64,000 nucleotides of DNA, taken from positions 32,001 through 96,000 of IMG/VR virus record IMGVR_UViG_3300037467_003067. One strand, 5' to 3'. The notes below the pieces were generated by a model that saw nothing but the letters and a program-made list of their open reading frames with translations, did not search any database and was not told where the DNA came from. Every line of letters begins with the position of its first letter. Position 1 is the first letter of the stretch. Positions 37,807-46,315 of this stretch are shown here, in pieces. A program made the position numbers and the translations under genes. This stretch comes from a virus (taxonomy: Duplodnaviria; Caudoviricetes).

Positions 37807-39282
37807 ATGGATATTAATGCTAGATTTTTGAATGAAGCCCGCGAAATCGAAGCTCAGTGGAGCCGAACCGGTCTTCTCGACGGAATTAACGATCGCTTCG
37901 TTCGTTCAACCACTGCCGTTCTTCTTGAGAACCAGAGGCTCATCAACGAAGTAAGCACCGACACCAGCGATATCGCTCAGTTCAAGCGAATCTCGATTCC
38001 CTTGGTCCGACGTATCTACCCCCAGCTTATCGCTAACAAGATCGTATCTGTTCAGCCGTTGCTGGGTCCGACCGGGTTGGTCTACTACCTCCGCTTCCGT
38101 TACAGCAGCAACAAGGGCGCTACCCGTGGTGCTAGCAACAACGGCGGCTTCCCCGGTGACGATGTCAACACGCTGATGCAGCGTGCCTCCGGTGATGCCA
38201 ACCTCGACAATTGGTACACCCACCAGTTCGTTCCCAACGAGGTCACCTCGACCGATGCCGGTAGCGACACTGTGGCTGTCTACGCTCCCCTGGAGCACAC
38301 CCCGATCCTCGGCGGAACCATGACGGGTACGGTTTATGTCGGCACCACCGCCGTCCAGACCTTCGTCGTCCTCGAAAATGGTAACTTCGTCTTCACCGCG
38401 ATCGGCTCGCCGACCACCTACGTCAACGTCAGCGGTGCCGCCAGCGGTACGATCACGGCTGGCTCGGGTGCCTCGCTGAACCTCACCACTGGTGAATTGT
38501 CGTTGACATTCAACAGCGCTCCTAGTTCCAATTATGTCGTAGTTAATTATGAATATAATATGGAATGTAATCAAGATCTCCCGGAGATCAACCTCGTGAT
38601 CGAGTCCGAGGAAATCGCCGCTAAGACCCGTAAGCTGAAGGCTGTTTGGAGCTACGAGGCTCAGCAGGATCTCCGATCCCAGCACAACCTCGACGCCGAA
38701 GCCGAACTGACCGCCGTCTTGGCTCAGGAAATCAACCTCGAAATCGATCGTGAGATTCTCACAGACTTGCGCAATAATGCCGGAACCGTGGCAGCATGGG
38801 ATTTTAATACCGCGCTAGGCGATACCATCAAAGAAAAATATGAAAGCTTGTACGTAAAAGTAGTTGAGCTTTCCGCCGTCGTTCACCGTAAGACCCTCCG
38901 TGGTGGCTGCAACTGGCTCGTTACGTCTCCTGAAGTCGCCTCGATGTTCGAGACCGCGACCGCTGGATTCGCCCCGACCCCCAGCGAAACCTTCACGACC
39001 TCCCTCGGTGTCCAGTACGTCGGAACTATCAACAGCCGATGGCGCTTGTATAAGGACCCCCTCTTCCCGCAGGGTCAAATCCTCGCCGGGTACAAGGGTG
39101 ATAGTTACATGGATTCTGGTTATTTCTATTGTCCATATGTTCCTATGACTCAGACCCCGGTCGTCCTTGATCCCGAAAGCTTTTGCCCACGTAAAGGTAT
39201 CTTAACTCGGTACGGGAAGAAGTTGCTTCGCGAGGGAGCAAAGTTCTACGCGAGACTGAGTATTGCTAACTTCATCATCTAA
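37807..39282 (+). CDS. gp23: major capsid protein (T4 gp23-like)
   Basis: LLENQ, PLVRR, VQPLLGPTGL, KTRKLKA, EINLEIDRE, YCPYVP and KGILTRYG. Confidence 0.97.
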   Translation: MDINARFLNEAREIEAQWSRTGLLDGINDRFVRSTTAVLLENQRLINEVSTDTSDIAQFKRISIPLVRRIYPQLIANKIVSVQPLLGPTGLVYYLRFRYSSNKGATRGASNNGGFPGDDVNTLMQRASGDANLDNWYTHQFVPNEVTSTDAGSDTVAVYAPLEHTPILGGTMTGTVYVGTTAVQTFVVLENGNFVFTAIGSPTTYVNVSGAASGTITAGSGASLNLTTGELSLTFNSAPSSNYVVVNYEYNMECNQDLPEINLVIESEEIAAKTRKLKAVWSYEAQQDLRSQHNLDAEAELTAVLAQEINLEIDREILTDLRNNAGTVAAWDFNTALGDTIKEKYESLYVKVVELSAVVHRKTLRGGCNWLVTSPEVASMFETATAGFAPTPSETFTTSLGVQYVGTINSRWRLYKDPLFPQGQILAGYKGDSYMDSGYFYCPYVPMTQTPVVLDPESFCPRKGILTRYGKKLLREGAKFYARLSIANFII

Positions 39283-39312
39283 TATGTTGATGAATTAGCT
39301 ATGAAAACAGAA

Positions 39313-39342
39313 AAACCCTAGGTAGTGACCTACCTAGGGTTT
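39313..39342. terminator. hairpin terminator after the capsid gene and the tRNA-like gene
   Basis: AAACCCTAGGTAG-TGAC-CTACCTAGGGTTT. Confidence 0.75.
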
Positions 39343-39347
39343 GGACG

Positions 39348-39419
39348 TGGAGGCGACGGGACTCGAACCCGTTATTCAGGCATGTCAGGCGAGCGGTTTT
39401 CCAGTTAACCTACGCCCCC
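39348..39419 (-). tRNA. tRNA-like gene: anticodon GAC (Val), Ala-type acceptor stem, imperfect anticodon stem
   Basis: GGGGGCG TA GGTT AACTGGAA AACC G CTCGC CTGACAT GCCTG AATA ACGGG TTCGAGT CCCGT CGCCTCC A. Confidence 0.65.
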
Positions 39420-39435
39420 ACTAGTACAGATATGT

Positions 39436-39476
39436 AACCGGATCATCGAGGTTTATCTCGATGATCCGGTTTTTTT
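39436..39476 (+). terminator. intrinsic terminator
   Basis: AACCGGATCATCGAG..CTCGATGATCCGGTTTTTTT. Confidence 0.8.
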
Positions 39477-39479
39477 GTC

Positions 39480-39554
39480 GAATTTTCTGTCCCTGGAAAG
39501 GTATTCTTACTTGCTGGAAAGAAGTTAACCCGAGAGGGAGTCAAGTTTTACGCA
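39480..39554 (+). pseudogene. decayed duplicate of the capsid gene 3' end
   Basis: Reads FCPWKGILT/fs/GKKLTREGVKFYA versus capsid FCPRKGILTRYGKKLLREGAKFYA. Confidence 0.8.
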
Positions 39555-39572
39555 AATTCGGCAAAAAACATC

Positions 39573-39601
39573 TTGACAGGAAGGCTGATCTTTGGCATTA
39601 T
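39573..39601 (+). promoter_or_regulatory. sigma70-type promoter
   Basis: TTGACA-17-CATTAT. Confidence 0.5.
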
Positions 39602-39656
39602 GTGGGAACGCTGATGGCGTGATGAGTTTTCGACACTTTCAATAAGGAGTTAAGGA

Positions 39657-40010
39657 ATGTTCCGAGTCAGATGTCCGCAATGCAGTAATGAGAGAGAGGT
39701 AAAGGTGAAGAAGCCTTGGATGGTAGGCGCTGAACCATACGAGAAGATCTGTAAGTCATGCTGCCAACAGGGTAAAGAGAAGACCGAAGAACACCGAGCT
39801 AAGCTTTCAGAGTCGATCAAAGCGACACAGACCGAGGAAGTGCTAAACCGGAAGAGCCAATACAATCAAGATCATCCGGAAGTTTGGAAAGGTAAGCTTG
39901 TTGCCGGACAAGGGGGAGGGTGGAACAAAGGGTTGTCTCTCCCTGCGCGTGACGAGGAAACTCGTCAGAAAATTTCCAAGTCCATGAAGAACAGGAGAAA
40001 GAACAAATGA
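39657..40010 (+). CDS. Zn-finger + NUMOD3-like DNA-binding protein
   Basis: CPQC..CKSC, TEEHRAKLS and WNKG..EETRQKISKS. Confidence 0.7.
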   Translation: MFRVRCPQCSNEREVKVKKPWMVGAEPYEKICKSCCQQGKEKTEEHRAKLSESIKATQTEEVLNRKSQYNQDHPEVWKGKLVAGQGGGWNKGLSLPARDEETRQKISKSMKNRRKNK

Positions 40011-41119
40011 ACATTACCGAATTCAAAGAGGTTTACAAGAGATTCCAGTCCCGAGATCGAATTACGATTCAATGTGATCGTCCCAACTGCCTGCGGACTG
40101 AATCCCTTAACAAGGATTCCGCAATGGGAAACATCGACCGAAACGGGGAATTCCGTTGTCGCCAATGTTCCTTTACCGATGAAGGGAAAAAGCGGATATC
40201 AGCAGCGACTTCATACAAACGATCCGATGAAGTGAAACAGAAGATGTCGGTTTCTAAGAAGAAGATGTACCAAACAGAAAAGGGGCAAGAAATGCGGAAG
40301 CATTTATCTCGGGCGGCTGCTAATCAACATGCAAATATGAACATTGAAACAACTAGGAGAAGAGGTCTCTTTCCATCAAAGAAGAATAATGACTTCAGGG
40401 TATATGGATCTTCATACGAGTTGAAGGCAGCTATCCTTCTGGAAGCTGACGATTTGGTCTTGAGCTACCAGTCTCAGGTTTATTATGAGATTGAGGAGCG
40501 TGCTCGAAGTATGGACCTTATTATTTATTATAAGGATGGAAGAAGATTGGCTGTTGAGATTAAGGCGAAAGCTCGTCTTCACGAAGAATCTGTTGTCGCT
40601 CAAATCAATGACGGCAGAAATTATGCCAAGTCTCAAGGATATGAGTTCGTCGTTTGGACCGAACAAGACCTGGGCTTCAAAAGCCCGCACGAGGCAACCA
40701 AATGGGCAGATGAGTACATTTCCAAGATGACTTCCGTTGATTATGTGAAAATCAGAAGACAGAGGAATGCCCAAAAGGCGGTAAAACATTACCACGAGAA
40801 ATTGAAATCTCAGATCCAGGTGTATTGTTCTTATTGCGGCGAAGACCATACGCTCAGAGAAGAGCAGTATCTAGATAACATCGAAAAGAACGGCCGGTAT
40901 ATCTGCATTAAAGAAAATGGAGCGATTGTGGGGAGTCGGTCTAAGGTGGACCGCAACCCCTATCATGCCGAGGGCAAGAAAAAGTGCAGTGGGGAATGTA
41001 AATTGGTCTTGCCCCTGGAGGACTTCAGCGTGAGCAACAAGGCGACCGGACAGAGGTGTAGTCAGTGCAAGAAATGTCGTGCGGCAAGGGCGACGAAGAA
41101 ATACAGGGAAAAGGAGTAA
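40007..41119 (+). CDS. free-standing TnsA-like PD-(D/E)XK (homing) endonuclease with NUMOD3 and Zn fingers
   Basis: SSYE, D..Y.DG..VEIK, FVVWTE and SDEVKQKMS. Confidence 0.75.
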   Translation: MNITEFKEVYKRFQSRDRITIQCDRPNCLRTESLNKDSAMGNIDRNGEFRCRQCSFTDEGKKRISAATSYKRSDEVKQKMSVSKKKMYQTEKGQEMRKHLSRAAANQHANMNIETTRRRGLFPSKKNNDFRVYGSSYELKAAILLEADDLVLSYQSQVYYEIEERARSMDLIIYYKDGRRLAVEIKAKARLHEESVVAQINDGRNYAKSQGYEFVVWTEQDLGFKSPHEATKWADEYISKMTSVDYVKIRRQRNAQKAVKHYHEKLKSQIQVYCSYCGEDHTLREEQYLDNIEKNGRYICIKENGAIVGSRSKVDRNPYHAEGKKKCSGECKLVLPLEDFSVSNKATGQRCSQCKKCRAARATKKYREKE

Positions 41120-41130
41120 TTTCGTTCTCA

Positions 41131-41170
41131 AATGACGTATCGTGAATTTTAAAATTCACGATACGTCATT
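41131..41170. repeat. perfect 40-bp loop-less palindrome
   Basis: AATGACGTATCGTGAATTTT|AAAATTCACGATACGTCATT. Confidence 0.95.
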
Positions 41171-41487
41171 GGTCTACTAACAGGAGGTTTTTTAAATTCC
41201 CTGGGTCGTATAAGCATCCCATCTTGGTAGCGAACTCCGAAATTTACTGCTGCGTCTTCTTTCAGTTCCTCGCCCCCTCGTTTGATAACTTCTTCCACCA
41301 TAATATGATAAGATCCGTCGTGCCTTTGAAGGCAAAACCATTCTGGCAGTACATCATGATCCTTTACCCATTGGTCGACATTGGAAGGATCAAGTTTGAC
41401 CACTTTGACGATAGGAGTTCCAAATTTTTCACGACTTGGGATCGATTCAGCATGTATAACCTGAGAAGTCGGGCTTGTTGATGACAT
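41149..41487 (-). CDS. hypothetical protein
   Basis: GGAG SD before ATG 41487; has its own sigma70-type promoter. Confidence 0.6.
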   Translation of the reverse strand: MSSTSPTSQVIHAESIPSREKFGTPIVKVVKLDPSNVDQWVKDHDVLPEWFCLQRHDGSYHIMVEEVIKRGGEELKEDAAVNFGVRYQDGMLIRPREFKKPPVSRPMTYREF

Positions 41488-41533
41488 TGGTTTTTCTCCA
41501 TGGATTGGTCTATAAAAACAAATACTAACCTTG

Positions 41534-41562
41534 ATGTTATCTTTGTTTTTTAATTTTGTCAA
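41534..41562 (-). promoter_or_regulatory. sigma70-type promoter
   Basis: TTGACA-17-TAACAT. Confidence 0.6.
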
Positions 41563-41621
41563 CCCCGATTTTACCATATAAAACCACAGAAATAGACTAA
41601 ATTAAGGTCAAGGAGTAACCC

Positions 41622-42449
41622 ATGAAACTCAACCTTCCAATATTACCAGCAATTTTAGAATCTAAAAACTTCCTCTTGATCGGTGCCGGGGGCGGTTATG
41701 ACTGGCTCGGAACTTCCCCCATTGCCCATACTCTGTTCTCCCTCGGCAAAGAATGCAAGACCGTTGACCATGCCGACCTGCTTCGGACCAGCGGTGTCAA
41801 GCCCATCAAAAACTTCCTTGCCGCCAAGGTAGAGGAATTCCAAGCGGACTGCATCATCGCAGTAGACGGCGGTGTCGATGCCCTAATGCGTGGCGACGAG
41901 CGCGGTAGCGGCACGCTCCTGGAGGATTCGGTCACGCTCGCAGCCGTCTCGCAACTCTCGGTCAAGCACAAGGTTTTGGCTTGTTTGGGATTTGGCGCGG
42001 AGACCGAGGAAAGACTCAGCCACTATCGTGCCTTGGAGAACATGGCGGCTTTGGTCGCAAACGGTGGGTTCCTTGGGGCGTGCGCTCTCACCTCGGAGAT
42101 GTACGAATACAAGAAGTACAAAGACCGGGCTGAGAAGGCGTGGGAGGGTAAGCGGAAGAGCCACATTCATACGCGAGTAATTTCGGCGGTTGAGGGACGG
42201 TTCGGAGATGATTCGGTCTATGATGGTGTCGAGGCGAACTTGATGGTAGAGGATAAAGAGAGCGAGACTTTCATTAATCCTCTGATGAGTCTGTATTGGT
42301 TCTTCGACTTGATGAAGGTATACGAGCAGAGTTTGGTTGCGAAGGCATTGTTGCCGTCTAATACCAAGACCGATGCGTTTATGATTTACCGTCAGCTATT
42401 GCCGGATTTGATGAAAAATGGTAGAATGTCGCTGAAGATTCCGCTTTGA
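41622..42449 (+). CDS. DUF1152 family protein
   Basis: GAGGGYD, VDGGVDALMRGDE..GT..ED and INPLMSLYWFF. Confidence 0.8.
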   Translation: MKLNLPILPAILESKNFLLIGAGGGYDWLGTSPIAHTLFSLGKECKTVDHADLLRTSGVKPIKNFLAAKVEEFQADCIIAVDGGVDALMRGDERGSGTLLEDSVTLAAVSQLSVKHKVLACLGFGAETEERLSHYRALENMAALVANGGFLGACALTSEMYEYKKYKDRAEKAWEGKRKSHIHTRVISAVEGRFGDDSVYDGVEANLMVEDKESETFINPLMSLYWFFDLMKVYEQSLVAKALLPSNTKTDAFMIYRQLLPDLMKNGRMSLKIPL

Positions 42450-42495
42450 ATGCGGAAGAACATGATCAGTCTTAACCGAGAAAAACAAGTACGTT

Positions 42496-43128
42496 ATGCC
42501 CAACGACAAGAAACAAGGCGTTTATATTCGGCAACACAAGAATTGGAACACCAAGACCATTTACAACAATGGTCGCGTCATGAGGATTTATCGACATCAA
42601 CCAAAAACAATTTTATTTTCATCTCCCATGGTTTCTGATTTTAATCAGAATCTTTGTGGCGGGTGGACCATGCCTGAACGTAATAGTTATATTGATACTT
42701 ATCAGCAAATGTTTAAAATGGAGAAACCATTTGCCGTACTTCACTATGATGCTGAAGATCGATCTTTGGCAGCAGAGATGCAGGAATTAGTAGAAGAAGC
42801 GGGCATGCTGGCAACGGTGCAGAAGGTGATTGCCCCATGGTGTCAAGGAGGATATAGGTGGGATATCTTGGCATGTCAAGATATGACTGTTGGTGAAATT
42901 GGTGATTTTGATGACTTGGTCTTTGATTATATCGATACAGGACTTAGCGATATTAGCACCATGCGTCAATATAGTGACATGCATCTTTCTGAATTCTTTG
43001 AAAAAGGTTGGGATATCCCTGAAATTCCTTTATGGTTGACCGGACTCATTTTAGGTTATCCTGTCGAGAATACGATTTCTCTTTATTGGGAACATGAGCT
43101 TAAATCCATTTTAGACATCGCAGAATAA
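42496..43128 (+). CDS. hypothetical protein (start uncertain)
   Basis: AT-rich ORF with a GLILGYP motif. Confidence 0.5.
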   Translation: MPNDKKQGVYIRQHKNWNTKTIYNNGRVMRIYRHQPKTILFSSPMVSDFNQNLCGGWTMPERNSYIDTYQQMFKMEKPFAVLHYDAEDRSLAAEMQELVEEAGMLATVQKVIAPWCQGGYRWDILACQDMTVGEIGDFDDLVFDYIDTGLSDISTMRQYSDMHLSEFFEKGWDIPEIPLWLTGLILGYPVENTISLYWEHELKSILDIAE

Positions 43129-43139
43129 GGGTTTTTGGA

Positions 43140-43361
43140 ATGAACAAGATTAGAACCGAGCAGCAGATCAGGGATGAAGCGAGGCAAATAGCAATGGTTC
43201 ATGGTTGGTCTCAAGATCAACACGACCGATTTCTTCAAGGGATGTTTGCCCTTAATGATCCGGACAACTCGTTTTACCAAGAGATGAAAGTGATCAGAGA
43301 CCATCCGCTAGACGAGGAAACCTACAAGGCGATTTTTTGTGAATCGATTTTTGGCGAATAA
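43140..43361 (+). CDS. hypothetical protein
   Basis: Operonic ORF. Confidence 0.55.
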   Translation: MNKIRTEQQIRDEARQIAMVHGWSQDQHDRFLQGMFALNDPDNSFYQEMKVIRDHPLDEETYKAIFCESIFGE

Positions 43362-43377
43362 AGAGTGAGGTATTTGT

Positions 43378-44250
43378 ATGATTAGAGATAAGAAGAAGGG
43401 ATGCATGTACGGGCTTGCCATCGGCGATGCTCTCGGTGCGGCTGTTGAGTTTCGTGATCCGGGTACATTCCCGCCTGTGACAGGTTATCGAGGGAGTGGA
43501 CCGCACGGCATCGAGGCTGGTGCCTGGACTGACGACACGAGCATGGCACTTGCCTTAGCCGATAGTCTTGCTCATGATGGGAGCGCAAAAGACCAACTTG
43601 AGCGATACGTAGCATGGCATCAAGAAGGTAAATATTCGGTGAATGGTTGGTGTTTCGACATTGGCTGTACGACCAAGACGGCGTTGGAAGATTTTGTGCA
43701 GAAGGGGAATCTTCAGGGACCGTCGGAGGAGTGGGATAGTGGCAACGGGTCGATCATGCGTCTTGCACCGCTTGTGATTAAGTTTCATGGTTGTAGCGAT
43801 TTGTATGATAAGGCGGTAGAATCCAGTGTCGTGACACATGGAAGTCGATTGTGTAAATCAGCATGTGATTTTCTAGCTGAATTTCTTGAAGTTTTGATGG
43901 ATTCTTCGCCCGAGGACGATCGCGAAGATATGTTAGAATATGGAAATTATGAACCTGAGATCAACAAGGTGATTCGTTGGGGTTGGCGAGACAACCAGGA
44001 CATTCGGGGGACGGGGTTTGTTGTACAGAGTTTGGAAGCGGCGTTGTGGGCGTTCATGACATCGAACAGTTTTGAGGAAACGGTCTTGAAGGCTGTGAAC
44101 TTAGGAGAGGACTCGGATACGACTGGTGCGGTTGCGGGGCAGATGGCGGGTGCTTATTGGGGGTTTGATGCGATCCCGCAGTCTTTGGTTGATGGTTTGG
44201 CACGCAAGGATATGATTGATCTGTATTTGAACCCGATACTATTGAGTTAA
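43378..44250 (+). CDS. ADP-ribosylglycohydrolase (DraG/ARH family)
   Basis: GDALG, WTDDT, GNGSIMR and DSDTTGA. Confidence 0.95.
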   Translation: MIRDKKKGCMYGLAIGDALGAAVEFRDPGTFPPVTGYRGSGPHGIEAGAWTDDTSMALALADSLAHDGSAKDQLERYVAWHQEGKYSVNGWCFDIGCTTKTALEDFVQKGNLQGPSEEWDSGNGSIMRLAPLVIKFHGCSDLYDKAVESSVVTHGSRLCKSACDFLAEFLEVLMDSSPEDDREDMLEYGNYEPEINKVIRWGWRDNQDIRGTGFVVQSLEAALWAFMTSNSFEETVLKAVNLGEDSDTTGAVAGQMAGAYWGFDAIPQSLVDGLARKDMIDLYLNPILLS

Positions 44251-44714
44251 AGTAGCTTGATGATTTTTGCTGCTGGAGTTCTGTATTCGATGACCGGAAT
44301 TGGAGGTAGCTGATACGTACGTGTCAGTCTACTGGTCTTGTACGGAACCCCTGCCCAATAATTCTTGGCAGCTTCTTCTAGCACTAGTGGATTGGGATCA
44401 TCGTTGTGTCTGATTCGCAAGTCGATCTCGGTGTACCAGCCTTGATCTGAGCTTTCGACTTTCCCTTGTGGTTCGACCACGTAGATATAGTCTTGGTAGC
44501 CGCCCAACTTGCCGATGTCTTTGGTCTCTTTTGCCATGTAGATAGATTGAGCTCGCGGGAGCATGTTAGCCGGTCGGTATTTTTCGAGTATCACCTCGAC
44601 CGGATGTCCTTTGGTGTAACGGGCGGCGTTTGGTACCAGGATAGTGCCTTCGGGCAATTTCTTTGTCGATCCGTGATAGAAAAGGCTCTCCCACTGTTTA
44701 AATGAACTAACCAT
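44247..44714 (-). CDS. Arr-like ADP-ribosyltransferase domain protein with capsid-targeting-like N-terminus
   Basis: FYHGS..L..GT.L, SIYM and YIYVVEPQG; starts MVSSFKQWE. Confidence 0.65.
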   Translation of the reverse strand: MVSSFKQWESLFYHGSTKKLPEGTILVPNAARYTKGHPVEVILEKYRPANMLPRAQSIYMAKETKDIGKLGGYQDYIYVVEPQGKVESSDQGWYTEIDLRIRHNDDPNPLVLEEAAKNYWAGVPYKTSRLTRTYQLPPIPVIEYRTPAAKIIKLL

Positions 44715-44874
44715 ATTTGTATTTATTTAGATTAAGGTTTTTGTTTCATGTCTTGGCGAGCTTGTTGTAGTTATTCTTTTATATTTTGCCGCATATATAT
44801 AATGTTGTGGTTTGCGAATTAAGGATGTTAGGCATCTTGATGACGTTTCGAGGGTACCAGCACAAGGCTACAAC

Positions 44875-45471
44875 ATGTTTCATCTTATTTTATTTAATCA
44901 AAATGTTTTTGGGCAATCTGCCCAAGCGTTTTATACTCTTTTATCACCTGGTTCAAATTCATCTCTTACTTCCGTGCCATCTGAACCATTTACAGTCGTG
45001 GTCTCGGGCGAACTCTTAAAAGATTTGATAATTACACCCAATGACGGTGGGCATTCCGGAGAATTCACTCCGCGTACGGTGAAGCTTACGAATGATTCCA
45101 CTTCGGCAACGTTTACCTACACACCGAGGCAATGGGGGTCTTTTAAAATATCAACCACCAACAACAGTGGTTTATTTAATCCGCATTCGGTCGAGTATAT
45201 TGGTTTAGTTAGGGATGCCCAAGAAGGAATTTATCCGAAGATCACTTTCCGAGTAAAAACTGCGATTGATTTCTCTTTAGAATCTTCGCCTTTATTTGAT
45301 CGAGTAACACAGGCATATCAATTAAGTTTAACGACTTATTATGTTCCAGAATATCCGATGGCATTGCATCCAGGTGACACCTTTACGCTTTATGGAATTG
45401 AGGCAGTTCGGGTGAAGAGAAATTATATCGGAGTCTCCAACTCGTTCTTGGAAATCGTATCGGAGGTTTAA
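44875..45471 (+). CDS. virion protein made almost entirely of the shared C-terminal module
   Basis: Paralogous to the ends of genes 49319 and 60774; AAGG before ATG 44875. Confidence 0.7.
   Translation: MFHLILFNQNVFGQSAQAFYTLLSPGSNSSLTSVPSEPFTVVVSGELLKDLIITPNDGGHSGEFTPRTVKLTNDSTSATFTYTPRQWGSFKISTTNNSGLFNPHSVEYIGLVRDAQEGIYPKITFRVKTAIDFSLESSPLFDRVTQAYQLSLTTYYVPEYPMALHPGDTFTLYGIEAVRVKRNYIGVSNSFLEIVSEV
44932..45471 (+). repeat. 540-bp shared C-terminal module, copy 1
   Basis: Colinear, with no indels, with 53948-54487 and 61119-61658. Confidence 0.9.
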
Positions 45472-45520
45472 GGCGAATGAAGTTGAAGGGAGATGTGATT
45501 TAGTTATTCTATATACCTTT

Positions 45521-46018
45521 ATGGTATTGTCTTTTATGGAATGGCTACAATTGCGTGAAAGTCGCGAGTGGCAACCTGGTCTTGGGACGAAGGACGAGAT
45601 TTATCGTCGGATCACGACGACGGGGATACCGGCTCGTCGCGGGACCAGAGCTAATCAGTTTAGCAAGTCGTATGCCACCGATCCTGGTGATTTTGGTCGA
45701 GGGATATACTACTCGACCAACTTCTACCGAGCCAAGCAGCATGGTGATGTCACTAAATCGGTTCTGAGGCTTAGGAATCCGATTGTGTTGACGGATGAGG
45801 AGGCGTATCGTTTCGCGGCTCAATTCCATACGGTCAAGTTGTCGGATGAGGATTACGAGAGCATAAGAGATCCTCGCTTGCGTGTCGAGAAGATGGTGGC
45901 GAATGCGATGGAGTTGACCAGGTATTTCATTGGGCTTGGTCACGATGGGTTGGTTTGTATCCACAAGCGGGGCGAATTGGAGATGGTTGATTTTTCGCCT
46001 TATCTTCATGCTAAATAG
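45521..46018 (+). CDS. ADP-ribosyltransferase-like protein with capsid-targeting-like N-terminus
   Basis: RRGT, FGRGIYYS, LRNP and GHDGLV; starts MVLSFMEWLQLRES. Confidence 0.6.
   Translation: MVLSFMEWLQLRESREWQPGLGTKDEIYRRITTTGIPARRGTRANQFSKSYATDPGDFGRGIYYSTNFYRAKQHGDVTKSVLRLRNPIVLTDEEAYRFAAQFHTVKLSDEDYESIRDPRLRVEKMVANAMELTRYFIGLGHDGLVCIHKRGELEMVDFSPYLHAK
46011..46017 (+). promoter_or_regulatory. late-promoter-like box CTAAATA, 4 nt before ATG
   Basis: CTAAATA-GGGT-ATG. Confidence 0.6.
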
Positions 46019-46021
46019 GGT

Positions 46022-46315
46022 ATGAAAACATTTACCGAATGGTTGGATTTGCGAGAAATGAATGACCCTGACCAACCGACTTTAGCGTATGATAAGATGT
46101 GGAATGCGGCATTTTGTCCTGAGTGCGCCCGCATGGCGTTAGCGGGGGAGATGCCACCTGAATTGGCAGACGATCCTTATGTGGTCAAGCCTGGAGAAGT
46201 GGTTCCTATCTCTCTTAATCAGTTGAGGGATCTTTGGGCGAATGAGCAGATGCCGCGATGTATGTGGTGTGATCGTCCATTGTGGAAGCCTATGCCGCGT
46301 CCGAGTGTTAATTGA
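46022..46315 (+). CDS. small Zn-finger protein with capsid-targeting-like N-terminus
   Basis: MKTFTEWLDLRE; CPEC..CMWC. Confidence 0.7.
   Translation: MKTFTEWLDLREMNDPDQPTLAYDKMWNAAFCPECARMALAGEMPPELADDPYVVKPGEVVPISLNQLRDLWANEQMPRCMWCDRPLWKPMPRPSVN

Noticed and set aside
34562-38685. Long antisense ORFs (e.g. 34562-35434, 37906-38685; also 472-1326, 25206-26069, 31490-32380)
   Set aside because: They are shadows of codon-biased sense genes and carry no recognisable motifs.
39348-39419. tmRNA
   Set aside because: The ends look tmRNA-like, but the element is only 72 nt, has a paired D-stem and has no tag reading frame.
40007-41119. Tn7-like transposon
   Set aside because: No TnsB/C/D or terminal repeats; the NUMOD3 and Zn-finger architecture fits a free-standing endonuclease.
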